A stretch of 64,000 nt of DNA from Candidatus Altimarinota bacterium (GCA_046314355.1 JBKBWQ010000001.1:160001-224000), one strand, 5' to 3'. Positions 50,357-62,409 are shown, counted from the first letter of the stretch. The notes: a model not told the origin generated them from the letters alone. Numbers and translations: made by a program.

Positions 50357-50583
50357 TCCTTCTTACTGCCTTTGAAAAAATTCATCACCGTATAGGCTAG
50401 AGTTGCAGGCATGGTAACATATGTATTTACATTATCCATAAGCTCTTCTCCCTTCGTAGAGAGATTCTTCAGTGAGAAAACAAATGCAGCAAGTGCCCCA
50501 ACAAACACAGAGCACATTATAAAGAAAAGTCCAAGTCCAATGGATAATACGAGAATCAATACGTCCTGCATAGTTGTGATCAT
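50335..50583 (-). CDS. Small membrane protein
   Basis: ATG 50583 gives MITTMQDVLILVLSIG..., one long TM segment. Confidence 0.6.
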   Translation of the reverse strand: MITTMQDVLILVLSIGLGLFFIMCSVFVGALAAFVFSLKNLSTKGEELMDNVNTYVTMPATLAYTVMNFFKGSKKDHSEKEE

Positions 50584-50662
50584 AAGTATAATAGGTTCAG
50601 GATAACAATAACTAAGTATAAGAGAAAGTAAGAGGGATGGCAAACTCTTATTGTTGGCATTT

Positions 50663-52090
50663 TTAAGAGAGCTTTTTCTGTACTATTTCACCGACGATTT
50701 TAGGATTTGCACTTCCACCTGATTTTTTCATAGTTTGTCCTACAAAAAAACCTAGAAGAGTAGTCTTTCCACCTCTAAACTCATCTGCCTGTGCAGGAAA
50801 ATCTTTTATAACTTCATCTACAAAAGCTTCGATGGCTTTCGTATCTGAGACTTGAAGTAGTCCCATTTCTGACACTAACACTTTAGGATCTTTACCATTT
50901 TCAATCATTTTTTCTAGTACTTCTTTACCGCTTAAGCTTGATATTTCTTGTTCTTTTACCATAGAAACGACCATCGCCATTTCTTTTGGTCCAAAAGGAA
51001 GTTCTTTGAGATGAATTTTCTTTTCGTTTATAAACCCAAGCAGAATAGATACTATCCACGATGATGAGAGTTTTGGTTCCTTTGTATACTCTACAACTGC
51101 TTCAAAGAAGTCAGCAAGTTCGAGATCTGCAATAAGTACTGCTGTTATATCATGTTCTAGATCATAACTAGAGAGATAGCGTTCTTTCTTTGCGTGAGGC
51201 AGTTCAGGAAGCTCGCTTCTAATCTCCTCGATTTGTTCTTTAGTGAATGTAAGAGGTGGGATATCAGGTTCTGGAAAATATCTATAATCTGCAGCTTCTT
51301 CCTTTGATCTCTGAGATATAGTGATTTCTTTTTCATCATCCCAACCTCTAGTTTCTTGAGTTATTTTTTCACCTTTTTCGATCATCTTTGTCTGCCTGTC
51401 TATCTCAAAGATAATTGCTCTTTCCATGGATCTAAAAGAATTTAGATTTTTAATCTCTACTTTTGTACCAAAAGGAGCATCTTCATTCTCGCGTAGAGAG
51501 ATATTGACATCAAAACGCATCATTCCTTTCTCCATATCCACCTCTGACGCACCAGATGCCCGTAGAGTCTGCTGCATAATACGTGCATAGAGACTTGCCT
51601 CCTCCATACTTCTCATATCTGCTCTTGATACGATTTCCATAAGAGGAGCTCCTGCTCTGTTATAATCTACAAGACTTCCCCCTGATGTATGTGAGAGTTT
51701 TCCAGCATCATTTTCTAAATGCAGACGCTCAATTCCAATTCTCTTTTTTGTACCGTCTTTCTTCTCTATCTCTATGTAGCCATTCTCAGCAACTGGCTGA
51801 TCATACTGTGATATCTGATATCCCATTGGCAGATCGGGATAAAAGTAGTTTTTCCGGTCAAATTTTGAAAACTCATTTATAGTACAGTTGATGGCAAGTG
51901 CTGCTCTTACTCCTAACCGTATTGCATCCTGATTCGGTTTCGGAAGCATTCCAGGATGTCCAGTACAAATAGGGCAGATATTTTTGTTTGGCAGTTCAGG
52001 GACTGCTTCGTTGAGACAACGGCAAAAGAGCTTAGTCTTTGAATTGATACGAGCATGTATTTCAAGACCGATTACAGGAGAAAGAGGCAT
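50663..52090 (-). CDS. gatB: Asp/Glu-tRNA amidotransferase subunit B
   Basis: IGLEIH, FDRKNYFYPDLP, DYNRAG.PL.EIV, DYRYFPEPD. Confidence 0.97.
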   Translation of the reverse strand: MPLSPVIGLEIHARINSKTKLFCRCLNEAVPELPNKNICPICTGHPGMLPKPNQDAIRLGVRAALAINCTINEFSKFDRKNYFYPDLPMGYQISQYDQPVAENGYIEIEKKDGTKKRIGIERLHLENDAGKLSHTSGGSLVDYNRAGAPLMEIVSRADMRSMEEASLYARIMQQTLRASGASEVDMEKGMMRFDVNISLRENEDAPFGTKVEIKNLNSFRSMERAIIFEIDRQTKMIEKGEKITQETRGWDDEKEITISQRSKEEAADYRYFPEPDIPPLTFTKEQIEEIRSELPELPHAKKERYLSSYDLEHDITAVLIADLELADFFEAVVEYTKEPKLSSSWIVSILLGFINEKKIHLKELPFGPKEMAMVVSMVKEQEISSLSGKEVLEKMIENGKDPKVLVSEMGLLQVSDTKAIEAFVDEVIKDFPAQADEFRGGKTTLLGFFVGQTMKKSGGSANPKIVGEIVQKKLS

Positions 52091-52209
52091 AGTCAGATTT
52101 GGAAAAATTATCGTGCATTATTATAAAGGAAGAAGAGAAAACAAAAAAGTAAAAAAAACGATTTTCTTGCCGGTTTTTAAGTGCATGATAGAGTGTAGGG
52201 GAGAAGTGA

Positions 52210-52318
52210 GTAATTGGACTCAATAATTAGGCTCAATAATTGGGCTCAGTAATTATGGCTCACATAATTAAGTAATTGCGCTCAATGATTGCAGCCCAAT
52301 TATGTGCACCCAATCACT
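52210..52318. repeat. Palindromic TAATTGGGCTCAA-unit element, copy E (empty)
   Basis: Clearest tandem units: taattggactcaa taattaggctcaa taattgggctcag, then inverted units attgcagcccaatta tgtgcacccaatca. Confidence 0.9.
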
Positions 52319-52355
52319 GATCCTCCCATCCTAACCTTAAATTTTACACTATTGT

Positions 52356-52655
52356 ATGAATTATCCGTCCTTTGAAAGTGAAATGACAGAATTTCTTGGA
52401 GATATGGGCTTTAATGATCTTCCTAAGGAGAAACAGCAGGAAGTACTCGCTCAGCTTAAAGCACTAGTGGAAGAAGAAGTGGAGTTTGAACTTGATCAAA
52501 TTGTTCCAGACACTGAAAAAGATCACTTCGCAGGTCTATCCAAAGAAGAACAGGATGAATATCTAGATGAACTTGGAATTGATAGGGAAGAGATAGCATA
52601 CCAAAAAACTCAGGCTCTGAAGACTGAATTACAGAAAGGTGAAGAGAGTGAGTAA
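52356..52655 (+). CDS. Small acidic hypothetical protein
   Basis: 99 aa, Glu/Asp-rich, followed by a terminator. Confidence 0.65.
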   Translation: MNYPSFESEMTEFLGDMGFNDLPKEKQQEVLAQLKALVEEEVEFELDQIVPDTEKDHFAGLSKEEQDEYLDELGIDREEIAYQKTQALKTELQKGEESE

Positions 52656-52685
52656 ATAAAAATCCCCGTGATCGGGGATTTTTAT
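52656..52685. terminator. Bidirectional intrinsic terminator
   Basis: ataaaaatccccg-tgat-cggggatttttat. Confidence 0.85.
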
Positions 52686-55304
52686 TTACTTCTTAGAAAA
52701 ACTAAGCTCTTCATTTTTTAGATCTACTTTGATGGTACTGCCGCTTAGATAACTTCCATCTAATAGTTTGATTGCAAGTGAATTAATAAGTTCCTGCTGA
52801 ATTATTCTTTTTAGCGGACGAGCTCCAAAGAGAGGATCATAGCCCTTTTGACCTAGGTAGAGTTTTGCTTTTTCACTAAGAGAGAGAGTTATATTTCTCT
52901 CCTTTAATCTCTCTGATAATTCTAGAAGCTGAAGATCGACAATTTTTATAATTTCCTCTTTTCGAAGTGCATGGAAAATAATGGTATCATCGATTCGGTT
53001 GAGGAATTCAGGACGGAACTGTTTCTGTAGGATTCCCATGATCTCCGCGTATTGGGCGGATTCTAAACTCTGTCTTTCTATATCTGATTCGGTGGCGGCT
53101 ATCTTTGGCGTATAGTGCTGTATAACAGCACTTCCCAGATTTGACGTCATAATTATTACTGTATTCTTGAAGTTTACAGTTCTCCCTTTAGCATCTGTGA
53201 GCCTTCCGTCATCGAGTACTTGTAATAGTATATTAAATACTTCAGGATGAGCTTTTTCGATCTCATCAAAGAGAATCACAGAATAGGGTTTTCTACGGAC
53301 TGCTTCCGTAAGCTGTCCTCCCTCATCATAGCCGACATATCCTGGAGGTGAACCTATCATTTTTGATACCGCATGAGATTCCATATATTCACTCATATCG
53401 AGACGAATCATATGTTCCTCGTCATTAAACAAGAATTCTGCTAAGCTTTTTGCAAGCTCTGTTTTTCCTACTCCTGTGGGACCTAAGAATAAGAAAGAAC
53501 CTTGCGGTCTCCTGGGATCTGATAATCCGCTCCTGGCACGGCGTACTGCGTGAGCTATAGCAGAGATAGCATTCTTTTGTCCTATGACACGTTTTTCAAG
53601 ATATGATTCCATGTTGGAAAGTTTTTCAGTTTCACCCTCTACAAGTTTGGTCACAGGAATACCTGTCCATCTTGATACAACTTTGGCAATATCTTCTTCG
53701 GTGACCTCTTCCCGCAGTAGGGAATGTCCATCTTCTTGTATCTTTTGAAGTTCAACTGTTTTAGCAGTAATTGTTTTTTCCAGTTCTGGTATAGTGCCAT
53801 ACCTGAGCTGCGCTGCTGTATTAAGATCTCCGTCACGCTCAGCTTTTTCTGCCAGTACGCGCTTTGCATCTAGATTTTCTCTTAACTTATTGAGATCCTG
53901 GATGATATGTTTTTCTCCAAGCCATACATGTTCTATCTCTCTTGCTGACTCCTGAATATCAGCAAGTTCCTTTTGGATATCCTTTAATCTCTTTTGTGAC
54001 GCTTCATCTTTTTCTTTTCTTAAAGCTTCCTGTTCAATTTCGAGTTGCATGATTTTTCTTTTTTTCTGTTCAAGTTCGGCAGGCATGGAAGTTACTTCCA
54101 TTTTGAGTGAAGAAGCAGCTTCATCCATGAGATCGATTGCTTTATCCGGAAGCCTTCTATCAGGAAGATAACGGGTAGAAAGTACTGCAGAGGCAACTAT
54201 AGCAGGGTCAGAAATCCGTATACCATGGTGAATCTCATATTTTTCTTTAATACCTCTCAGGATTGAGATAGTATCTTCCATTGTAGGTTCATCCACCATA
54301 ACTGGCTGAAAACGTCTTTCCAAAGCTGCATCTTTTTCTACGTACTGTCTGTATTCTTTTAGAGTCGTAGCACCTATCACATGGATTTTTCCTCGAGCTA
54401 GGGCAGGTTTTAGAAGATTGCCGGCATCAGTGGATCCTTCTGATGCACCAGCTCCCACAATAGTATGGAGCTCATCTATAAAGAGTATAATGTTTCCTTG
54501 GGATTTCTCTACTTCTTGAAGTACCGACTTCAGTCTTTCTTCAAATTCTCCGCGGTACTTTGCTCCAGCTATAAGTGATCCCATATCAAGGACAAGAAGC
54601 TTTTTATTTCTAAGAGTATCAGGAACATCGCCGCTTACTATTCTTCTCGCAAGTCCTTCAGCTATAGCAGTCTTACCAACTCCCGGATCACCTACGAGAA
54701 CAGGATTGTTTTTAGTTCTTCTTGAGAGGATCTGGATAGTTCTTCTGATTTCGTCATCCCGTCCGATTATTGGATCAATTTTTCCAGTGCGGGCTTCTTC
54801 AGTAAGATCTGTTGTATATTTTTTCAACGCCTGGAGTTTTGTCTCGGGATCCTTATCTGTGATATGCTCTCCACCTCTAAGTGTCTTGATTGATGCATGT
54901 ACAGCTTTGGAATTGATTCCAAAATGCTCCAACATGTCTTTAACTGTACTCTGAGTATTTGTAATAGCTAAGAGTAAATGCTCAGTACTTATATATTCAT
55001 CACCAAATTGTTTTGCTTCACTTTCAGCAGTCTCAAGTACAGTTTTAAAATTTGCTTCCATAAAAAGCTGACGCTCTCCCTGTATAGTTGGAAGTGCAGA
55101 AATAGTCTGCTGTAGTTTAAGTACAATGTCTGCAATCGGGGATCCTATTTTTTCTAGAATTGGTTTCACTAAACCGCCTTCCTGCTGAAGTAGAGAAAGT
55201 AATAGATGGCTTAATGTAATCTCACTATGAGAGAGTTTATTGGCAGAATCTTGTGCTTCCTGAACTGCCTCTAAAGCTTTGATGGTAAATTTTTCTAGAT
55301 TCAT
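52686..55304 (-). CDS. clpB: Chaperone ClpB
   Basis: Two AAA+ modules ([16 protein letters not shown]), M-domain coiled coil, GARPLKR. Confidence 0.97.
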   Translation of the reverse strand: MNLEKFTIKALEAVQEAQDSANKLSHSEITLSHLLLSLLQQEGGLVKPILEKIGSPIADIVLKLQQTISALPTIQGERQLFMEANFKTVLETAESEAKQFGDEYISTEHLLLAITNTQSTVKDMLEHFGINSKAVHASIKTLRGGEHITDKDPETKLQALKKYTTDLTEEARTGKIDPIIGRDDEIRRTIQILSRRTKNNPVLVGDPGVGKTAIAEGLARRIVSGDVPDTLRNKKLLVLDMGSLIAGAKYRGEFEERLKSVLQEVEKSQGNIILFIDELHTIVGAGASEGSTDAGNLLKPALARGKIHVIGATTLKEYRQYVEKDAALERRFQPVMVDEPTMEDTISILRGIKEKYEIHHGIRISDPAIVASAVLSTRYLPDRRLPDKAIDLMDEAASSLKMEVTSMPAELEQKKRKIMQLEIEQEALRKEKDEASQKRLKDIQKELADIQESAREIEHVWLGEKHIIQDLNKLRENLDAKRVLAEKAERDGDLNTAAQLRYGTIPELEKTITAKTVELQKIQEDGHSLLREEVTEEDIAKVVSRWTGIPVTKLVEGETEKLSNMESYLEKRVIGQKNAISAIAHAVRRARSGLSDPRRPQGSFLFLGPTGVGKTELAKSLAEFLFNDEEHMIRLDMSEYMESHAVSKMIGSPPGYVGYDEGGQLTEAVRRKPYSVILFDEIEKAHPEVFNILLQVLDDGRLTDAKGRTVNFKNTVIIMTSNLGSAVIQHYTPKIAATESDIERQSLESAQYAEIMGILQKQFRPEFLNRIDDTIIFHALRKEEIIKIVDLQLLELSERLKERNITLSLSEKAKLYLGQKGYDPLFGARPLKRIIQQELINSLAIKLLDGSYLSGSTIKVDLKNEELSFSKK

Positions 55305-55370
55305 AGACAGAATATTTATGTGTTGTATTAATGCTTATATTATATCCAAAATCCAAGTACTTGTAAAAAA

Positions 55371-56675
55371 TTATTTTAGCTTATCATGAGATTCTTCAGA
55401 ATAGATCGTACCAAGGATCACAATGAGTAGTATAAACCCAGTCCACGAAGTGAGCCAGAAATGATCTATAAGTGCATACAAAAAGAAGGTCATAATGATT
55501 CCTAGTTCTGAGAAAAGGAGTTTTCTATGAATATACATCCTTTGAAAAAAGGAGAAGAAAATGTTTAAAAAGAATATAATAGCTGATATGCCTCCTATAA
55601 TGCCTAGCTCATTTAATAAAAGCATAAAGAAAGAATGAACAGGCTGATATTCCCATGGAAAGAAGAGAGGTAGTGAAGGATGATTGAGATGGAGTATAAA
55701 GTTTCCAAGCCCTATACCTAGAGGGTGAGACAATAAAACCTGAATTGATGCTTTGAGTAAAAGAAACCTGTCTGTAAGAGTAGTAGAATCAAAGAACAGG
55801 AATATACTGCTGAATAGAAGAAAGAATACAGCTGCAAGCATCAGTATAGCCCATAGTATTCTCAGGATATCTTTCTCAATTACTAGAAGGCTACTTGTAC
55901 GTTCTTGTAGTGATGTAAAGATATGAGATGTCTTCGCTGAGCGGATGCATACCCAGACCACCAGGGTACTGAGTAATATAAAATATGCCGTTTTTGAAAC
56001 GCTGGCTAAGATTCCTGCCAGTATCAAAAAGGTAATAGAGTTATATTGCCATGACGTAAGAAAAGAGAGGCTCTTTTTAAAATAGAATATAAGAAACAAT
56101 GAAAGAGAAAGAACACCTGCTGCAATATTTGGGTGAAGGAAAGTTCCATATGCTCTAATATGATTTTCTCCAGAGATATGAAATTTTGCTGTGGTAAGAT
56201 CCTCAGCTGAGAGTACTGGCTCTTTGAAGAACCATAATCCAAGACTTGAGTTTAGTAGGAACTGCAACACCATCAATATGGATTGAAATAGAGCTCCGAA
56301 GACTACTGTGTATAAAACAGTTTTGTGCAGACTTCTATCCGAGTAGAGGATATAAAAGAGTAATATTCCCTCCAATACATGTCTTGATCGTAGAATATGA
56401 AGCCATGGATCACTGGCGAAGAAATAGCTCGTCACTATACCTATAAATATTCCTAAAATACTGTAGATCTGAAGAGATGGTATTTTGATATTCTTTGTAT
56501 TTTGAATAAATACTAATCTAGCAAAATAACTGAAAAAAAAGAGGAGAAGTAAGATTTCACTTATATGGAGATAAGAGCGTGTCCAAATCGCATCTGTACC
56601 GAGAGCAATAGCCTCTGAATTCGAATAAATCAGGGTTTCAAATTGGAACATGGATAGAAAAATGCTACCTGCCAA
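55371..56675 (-). CDS. O-antigen ligase (Wzy_C) family membrane protein
   Basis: RAYGTFLHPN, HPLGIGLGNF, PVHS...ELGIIG; start uncertain. Confidence 0.8.
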   Translation of the reverse strand: MAGSIFLSMFQFETLIYSNSEAIALGTDAIWTRSYLHISEILLLLFFFSYFARLVFIQNTKNIKIPSLQIYSILGIFIGIVTSYFFASDPWLHILRSRHVLEGILLFYILYSDRSLHKTVLYTVVFGALFQSILMVLQFLLNSSLGLWFFKEPVLSAEDLTTAKFHISGENHIRAYGTFLHPNIAAGVLSLSLFLIFYFKKSLSFLTSWQYNSITFLILAGILASVSKTAYFILLSTLVVWVCIRSAKTSHIFTSLQERTSSLLVIEKDILRILWAILMLAAVFFLLFSSIFLFFDSTTLTDRFLLLKASIQVLLSHPLGIGLGNFILHLNHPSLPLFFPWEYQPVHSFFMLLLNELGIIGGISAIIFFLNIFFSFFQRMYIHRKLLFSELGIIMTFFLYALIDHFWLTSWTGFILLIVILGTIYSEESHDKLK

Positions 56676-56733
56676 TGACGCACGTATGAGGTGTGAGATG
56701 TAAGCAGATATATTATCCTTTATCTGAGCTGGT

Positions 56734-58074
56734 CTAAGTGAGGGTATCTTCAGTGGGTAGGAAATAAATCGTATAAAGTATGGAGTCTGGATTTGATGTA
56801 TTAATTAATACAAAAAACTCTTCTTTTTGAGAATAATAAACAGTATCGAACTTTTCTAGATTCAACAGATGTGTGCAGTACTGCAAGTGGAACTGCTCGC
56901 AGTGAAGTATCTCATTATCAAAAACAACAAATCCATAAAGAGCATTTTCTACAGTAAAAATTGCTTTAGGCTGAGATGAGAATCTTGTAAGAAACTCTTT
57001 TGCTGTAGAGGATGAAAGTAGGATGTCTCCTAGAGATTTTATAATAAAGGTTCCTTTCGGTTGAGGATAGATGGCTTGTACCTCTGACTCAATTACACTT
57101 TTAGTTTTCTCTGATATGAGAGCACCAGTTGAGGTAAGTAGGAGACTATCATCACTCTTGAACTGCAGCGCCTTTATTGGAAGTGTTCCAGTTGTGAGCT
57201 CACTAAGTCTTAAGTTTCCAAAGAAGTCTTGTTTTAGAATATTTCCTGATCCTGCAGCAGATGTGAAAATATATCCATAATTAGAAAGAGAAGATTTCTG
57301 AAGTAAAGTTGATGCTGTAATTTCTTTAATATTCTTAGAGAGAGGTGATGATAATTCACCGTTCTGTTCTTGGATGCTCCAAAGTTCGCGTTTATCTTTT
57401 TTGAATACTAATAGCGACTTTTGTTCAGTGAAGACATTATCTTGAACATCTGTGTCTATAAGGGTGCACGACATTGTATCAAGAGTACATATTCTCCAAT
57501 GAAGATTGGTTTTTAATAGTACTTTCGTATCCTTAAACGAATTAAATTTTTCAACTATTTCATTCTCTGCGAGGAAGTCTAGCGTGAATACTTTCTCTGG
57601 TTTGTGAAGCTTTAATGAAGGAGCTTTTTCAAAAAAAGAAAGAACTCGTGTATCTGTATAATATTCAAGAAAAATATGATCGTTTACAAAAAAATGCTTT
57701 AAATCCTTTGAGGATGTAAAACTTGTTGAAGTGATTCTTGATTCTACAGGTGTAAACTCAACTTTAAGATGAACAGCCTTTTCTTTAGAAGAGGGAAACT
57801 GTACAGTAATGGGATGAAATCCTGCTTTTAAGAGCTTTACAGTATGTTCTCCAATATCAATATTTGAATCGAGGTAGGGCAGAGTTACAAGAGATGTCTT
57901 GTCATCAAGGATCATTGCCACATCACTCTCTTCACCTTCTATGAAAAGAACACCTCTTTGCTGTATCGTCTTTTCCTGCAGGCTGAAACGATATCCAAAA
58001 AGTGCTCCTAGTGAAAGAGAAGCAAGTATAAGAAATACAGAAACAAACCACAATTTTCTTAAAAGTACTAACAC
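56734..58074 (-). CDS. PEGA-domain protein
   Basis: N-terminal TM, GYRF, then IDIGEHTVKLLKAGF. Confidence 0.65.
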   Translation of the reverse strand: MLVLLRKLWFVSVFLILASLSLGALFGYRFSLQEKTIQQRGVLFIEGEESDVAMILDDKTSLVTLPYLDSNIDIGEHTVKLLKAGFHPITVQFPSSKEKAVHLKVEFTPVESRITSTSFTSSKDLKHFFVNDHIFLEYYTDTRVLSFFEKAPSLKLHKPEKVFTLDFLAENEIVEKFNSFKDTKVLLKTNLHWRICTLDTMSCTLIDTDVQDNVFTEQKSLLVFKKDKRELWSIQEQNGELSSPLSKNIKEITASTLLQKSSLSNYGYIFTSAAGSGNILKQDFFGNLRLSELTTGTLPIKALQFKSDDSLLLTSTGALISEKTKSVIESEVQAIYPQPKGTFIIKSLGDILLSSSTAKEFLTRFSSQPKAIFTVENALYGFVVFDNEILHCEQFHLQYCTHLLNLEKFDTVYYSQKEEFFVLINTSNPDSILYTIYFLPTEDTLT

Positions 58075-58082
58075 AGATATGT

Positions 58083-58535
58083 TTAGTAAAGAGAAAGAAG
58101 TGTGCCTACAAACACTCCCAAAATCATTCCGACAGCTACTTCTAAAGGTGTGTGTCCAACCTCTTCATGGAGAGGAAACTGTTTGAGAAAATCCTTAGAT
58201 AAGTCAAAGGAATGGGTTTCTACAAGCTGATTGATAACTGTAGCATGAACGCCTGACTGATAGCGTACGTGCATTGCGTCATACACTACGATACCTGAGA
58301 AAGAAAGTACGACAGCAAATTCAGTAGAATTGATACCATGCTTAAAGGCTACGGCTGTAGATAAAGCTAGTACAAAACAAGAATGTACACTGGGCATCCC
58401 TCCGGATCCCCAGATATACTTTCTATTAAAACGTGAATTACCAACCCGTATAATATATTTTACAACCTGACCTATACACCATGCGATAATAGGAATGGTG
58501 AGAATATGCTCAAGAAAAAAGCCATGAGCTATCAT
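58083..58535 (-). CDS. Divergent PAP2 family protein
   Basis: SGGMPSVHS, VVYDA..VR...G.HA..IN, GHTPLEV. Confidence 0.92.
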   Translation of the reverse strand: MIAHGFFLEHILTIPIIAWCIGQVVKYIIRVGNSRFNRKYIWGSGGMPSVHSCFVLALSTAVAFKHGINSTEFAVVLSFSGIVVYDAMHVRYQSGVHATVINQLVETHSFDLSKDFLKQFPLHEEVGHTPLEVAVGMILGVFVGTLLSLY

Positions 58536-58537
58536 TA

Positions 58538-59014
58538 TTATGCGATTTTAAGGATTTCATATTTCATAAGACCCTTTGGAGCTTTGAAGTTTACTACTGT
58601 TCCTATTTCTTTTCCAAGAACTGCTTCTCCAATGGGAGACTCATTTGAAAATTTTGAATTAAGGGGATCAACCTCAGTACTACCTACTAATGAGAAAATA
58701 AGCTGCTCATTATCTTCAATATTTCGGACAGTAACTGTAGAACCTAACTCTACTATTCCTCCTTTTTTAGCTTTTTTTGAAATAACCTCAGCTGTTGCAA
58801 TTTCTTCCTCTATTTCACGAATACGTGCCTCAGTAAGTGCCTGATCATTCTTTGCAGAATCGTACTCGGAGTTTTCTTTCAAGTCTCCATAAGATATGGC
58901 TTCCTTTAGACGCTCAGATACTTCTGAACGTCGTACTGTTTTGAGGTAATCTAGCTCTTCGTTGAGCTTTTTAAGACCTTCTGCTGTAATATAGTGGTGA
59001 ACTTGCTTTGCCAT
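58538..59014 (-). CDS. greA: Transcription elongation factor GreA
   Basis: GDLKENSEYDSAK, SNESPIGEAVLGK. Confidence 0.96.
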   Translation of the reverse strand: MAKQVHHYITAEGLKKLNEELDYLKTVRRSEVSERLKEAISYGDLKENSEYDSAKNDQALTEARIREIEEEIATAEVISKKAKKGGIVELGSTVTVRNIEDNEQLIFSLVGSTEVDPLNSKFSNESPIGEAVLGKEIGTVVNFKAPKGLMKYEILKIA

Positions 59015-59076
59015 AGTGATTGATATGGGATATGTATTATAGTTGTACTTATTTTTGAGAAAAGAACAAGAGTTAC

Positions 59077-60240
59077 TTAAGAACGGATCTTTACACTTGT
59101 TGGATGTTCTTTGAGTTTCTGTAGAACTTTTGCCTCGATCTGACGTATTCGCTCACGCGTAACACCAAACTCTCTTCCTACTTCCTCGAGAGTATGACCT
59201 ACTCCATCTCCGAGTCCAAAACGCATTTTTATGATCTTTTTCTCACGAGGAGAAAGATACTGAAGCATTTCGTGAATATTCTCTTTGAGAATCTGACGGT
59301 TTGTCGCTTCGTCTGGAGATACGGTATTTACGTCCTCGATAAAGTCTCCAAGATTTGAATCTTCCTCTGAACCTACTGGTGCATCAAGAGATACAATATC
59401 CTGAGAGATTTTCATGATATGTTTTACCTTCTTGATATCCATACCAAGCTCGGCTGCGATCTCCTCTGGGAGAGGCTCACGTCCAAGTTCCTGTACTAGT
59501 CGTCGCTGAGTATGCGTAAACTTGTTGATGGTTTCCACCATATGTACTGGGATTCGGATAGTTCTCGCCTGATCCGCAATCGCTCGTGTAATTGCTTGTC
59601 GTATCCACCAAGTAGCGTATGTAGAGAATTTGAATCCTTTTTCCGGATCAAATTTGTCTACCGCACGTACTAGTCCAAGATTACCTTCCTGAATAAGATC
59701 AAGAAAAGAAAGCCCTCGTCCAATATATTTTTTTGCAATGGAGACTACGAGACGAAGATTGGCAGTCATAAGTGCCTGCTTTGCCTGGATGTTTCCGACT
59801 TTAATTTTTCGTGCAAGATCAACCTCTTCTTTTGCATTAAGAAGTTTTACTTTACCAATTTCACTTAGGTACATTCGTACACTATCATCTGAGATAGCCT
59901 GAAGATCTACCGCTTCAAGAAGCTTTTCAGGTTCGATCTCTTCTGTAAGATCCTCAGCCTTTGGTCCCTCGACTACAGCTGCAGGCTCACTATCTTTCTT
60001 TTTGAGCGTGTCCTTAAGGTCTACTACTTCAATCTCGAACTCGATAAGAAGTGTATAAATCTCATCAAGAAGCTGAAGACTATCTTCTGCGTCAGGAATT
60101 ACCTTTGAAAGTTCCTGATGAGTTATAAAACCCTGCTGAAGACCTTTTTCTATAAGTTCCTTGATCTCTGGTTCTAGTGTCTGTAATTTTTCATCTTTAA
60201 AATCGCCTATCGCTTTCTTTTTGCGTGGTGGTGTAGTCAT
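59077..60240 (-). CDS. rpoD: Primary sigma factor RpoD
   Basis: [47 protein letters not shown]. Confidence 0.97.
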   Translation of the reverse strand: MTTPPRKKKAIGDFKDEKLQTLEPEIKELIEKGLQQGFITHQELSKVIPDAEDSLQLLDEIYTLLIEFEIEVVDLKDTLKKKDSEPAAVVEGPKAEDLTEEIEPEKLLEAVDLQAISDDSVRMYLSEIGKVKLLNAKEEVDLARKIKVGNIQAKQALMTANLRLVVSIAKKYIGRGLSFLDLIQEGNLGLVRAVDKFDPEKGFKFSTYATWWIRQAITRAIADQARTIRIPVHMVETINKFTHTQRRLVQELGREPLPEEIAAELGMDIKKVKHIMKISQDIVSLDAPVGSEEDSNLGDFIEDVNTVSPDEATNRQILKENIHEMLQYLSPREKKIIKMRFGLGDGVGHTLEEVGREFGVTRERIRQIEAKVLQKLKEHPTSVKIRS

Positions 60241-60253
60241 AGTGACTATGGAG

Positions 60254-62008
60254 TTAAGATGTAAAAGGTGAATGTATTGTATTTCGGAGCTGGGAAAGCT
60301 GCTCGCCTGTTTTAATCATACCCTCAGTATTTTTTTCTTTCTGATAGTATGCAAGCTTTAGAAGGAGTTTATCCTTTAATTTATGCTGGAGAAGTATAAG
60401 TTTCTCCTTGAGTGTAGTGCGCGCTATATCGATATTGTGCGTGATATTTGCTTCATCCAGATAAAGAAGAAGTACTTCTACCCTTGTTTTCACGTCGTCG
60501 TGAAGGAGTGTATGTATCTGGGAAATATCGCCCGAAAAAGTATATTCGTTTTTTATAAGCTTGTAAACATGATTTGGGAGCTCTCCGTCTAGTTCATCGA
60601 GGTATAGATGGTCATGAATTTCGCTGTAAAGCTCGGGGTAAGCAATAAGGATACCTGTAAAGATGGCTTCTGGAGTAGAAAAGTGTGTTTGGTTGAAAAG
60701 CTCTGCACTCACATTTTCATGTATTTTTGGAGTTTTTATTTTTTTAAATTCTTTTGTTACTGCCTCTACAGTACTCATCATTTGGTATGCTACCTGTTTT
60801 AAGTAATGCTCTTGAGCGATCTGACTTGTTAATAGTTTTACTAATGGGAGATAGAGAGTCACAATACGCTTTTTACCTTCAATAGTTTCCGGATCAAATT
60901 TACTTAGTAAATGAGCAAGTACAAAATCATGAAATGGCTTTGCATCTTCTGTCAGTTTTAAAAGCTCATCCTTCGAATATTTCTGAAAGAACTCGTCTAC
61001 GTCTTTTACATTATGCGCTTTGAGCGAAATAGGGCGTACTTCTATATCTTGGGGGATAACTACTTCTGCATTTCTAAGTGTTGCCTGCCAGCCGGCATTA
61101 TCATTATCGAAGAGAAAATAGAATGTGGAAGTATGACGTTTCAGGAGCTGTACTTGTTCTTTCGTAAACGCTGTGCCCGAACTTGCTACAATATTATGAA
61201 TACCTGCCTGCCATGCAGATAACACGTCCATGTATCCTTCTACTATGATGACAGATCCTGCTTCACGGATCGCATCTTTTGCAAAGGAGAGACCATAGAG
61301 AACATTTGATTTATGATAAATTGGTGTCTCTGGAGAATTAAGATATTTAGGTTCTCCATCACCAAGGATTCTGCCGCCAAAGGCAACAATATCCCCCAGA
61401 TGATTCGTAATAGGGAACATAATACGTCCCCGGAACTTGTTATAATGTTTCGCATCGTTTAATGCGAGCAGCCCTACTTTTAAAAGCTCCTCTGTCTCAT
61501 ATCTGTGTTTCTCACGAAGTTCTCTCCAAAGATCATCATAGGAATTTGGAGCAAATCCTATTTTAAAATCCGTAATAGTCTGCTCGTTGAGACCACGTTT
61601 TAGTAAATACTCCTTTGCTTCTGGAGAATTCTGCAGCTGCTCTTGGTAGAATTCAGTAGCAGTATGCATTATTTCGAACCACCGTTCCTTATCAGATTTC
61701 TTAATGGATGAAATTTTTTGAGGCTGATACTCAATCCCGGCTTTCCACGCTAGAAACTTCACCGCCTCAGGAAAATCCAGGCGTTCCACTTCCATTACAA
61801 ATTTGAAGATATCCCCGCCTTTCTGACATCCGAAACAATAGGCAATCTGCTTATCAGGACTGATAATAAATGATGGGCTGCTTTCCTTATGAAAAGGACA
61901 GAGAGCTTTAAAGCTTCTGCCGGATTTACGTAGTTCTACATATTCACTGACAACGGTGACTATATCGAGCTTTGCCTTGATGTCTTCTACGATATCCTGA
62001 CCTGACAT
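60254..62008 (-). CDS. dnaG: DNA primase
   Basis: CPFH..CFGC zinc finger, [21 protein letters not shown]. Confidence 0.97.
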   Translation of the reverse strand: MSGQDIVEDIKAKLDIVTVVSEYVELRKSGRSFKALCPFHKESSPSFIISPDKQIAYCFGCQKGGDIFKFVMEVERLDFPEAVKFLAWKAGIEYQPQKISSIKKSDKERWFEIMHTATEFYQEQLQNSPEAKEYLLKRGLNEQTITDFKIGFAPNSYDDLWRELREKHRYETEELLKVGLLALNDAKHYNKFRGRIMFPITNHLGDIVAFGGRILGDGEPKYLNSPETPIYHKSNVLYGLSFAKDAIREAGSVIIVEGYMDVLSAWQAGIHNIVASSGTAFTKEQVQLLKRHTSTFYFLFDNDNAGWQATLRNAEVVIPQDIEVRPISLKAHNVKDVDEFFQKYSKDELLKLTEDAKPFHDFVLAHLLSKFDPETIEGKKRIVTLYLPLVKLLTSQIAQEHYLKQVAYQMMSTVEAVTKEFKKIKTPKIHENVSAELFNQTHFSTPEAIFTGILIAYPELYSEIHDHLYLDELDGELPNHVYKLIKNEYTFSGDISQIHTLLHDDVKTRVEVLLLYLDEANITHNIDIARTTLKEKLILLQHKLKDKLLLKLAYYQKEKNTEGMIKTGEQLSQLRNTIHSPFTS

Positions 62009-62087
62009 GAAATATGATTTTAAAACAAGTAATGAGAGTATACTGTTGTTTTGTCAAATTGGAAGAGGAAGGTGGAGAAGTGAGGGG

Positions 62088-62201
62088 GTAATTGGGCGCA
62101 CATCATTGGGGCTCGGTAATTAGGGCGCAATTATTGGACTTAATAATTGCAGCCTAATAATGAGAGCCCAATTATACGCACCCAATGACCGAGCCAATTA
62201 C
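62088..62201. repeat. Palindromic TAATTGGGCTCAA-unit element, copy F (empty)
   Basis: gtaattgggcgcacatcattggggctcggtaatt...gcacccaatgaccgagccaattac; purine/pyrimidine flanks. Confidence 0.88.
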
Positions 62202-62267
62202 ATTTTACCTCTTTACTTTTCTCAATTTCCTCATATACTCCACCTCAGCTTATATAGTTTCATTTTT

Positions 62268-62387
62268 ATGAACGCTTCTACATCTCACAGCCAGGTCTCT
62301 ACGCTAGCTATGTCACAGTATTGTGTCAAGTTTATTCGTATGTGGGATTTTGAGGCTCGGGAGATAGAGAAGATGCGGTTAAGCTAA
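62268..62387 (+). CDS. Possible 39-aa leader peptide
   Basis: MNASTSHSQVSTLAMSQYCVKFIRMWDFEAREIEKMRLS*, immediately before a terminator. Confidence 0.35.
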   Translation: MNASTSHSQVSTLAMSQYCVKFIRMWDFEAREIEKMRLS

Positions 62388-62409
62388 ACACTTTACAAAC
62401 AACTTTCTC

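Noticed and set aside
52210-52318. TAATTGGGCTCAA units as a CRISPR array
   Set aside because: Units are ~13 bp, directly adjacent, have no unique spacers and switch orientation; no cas genes in the window
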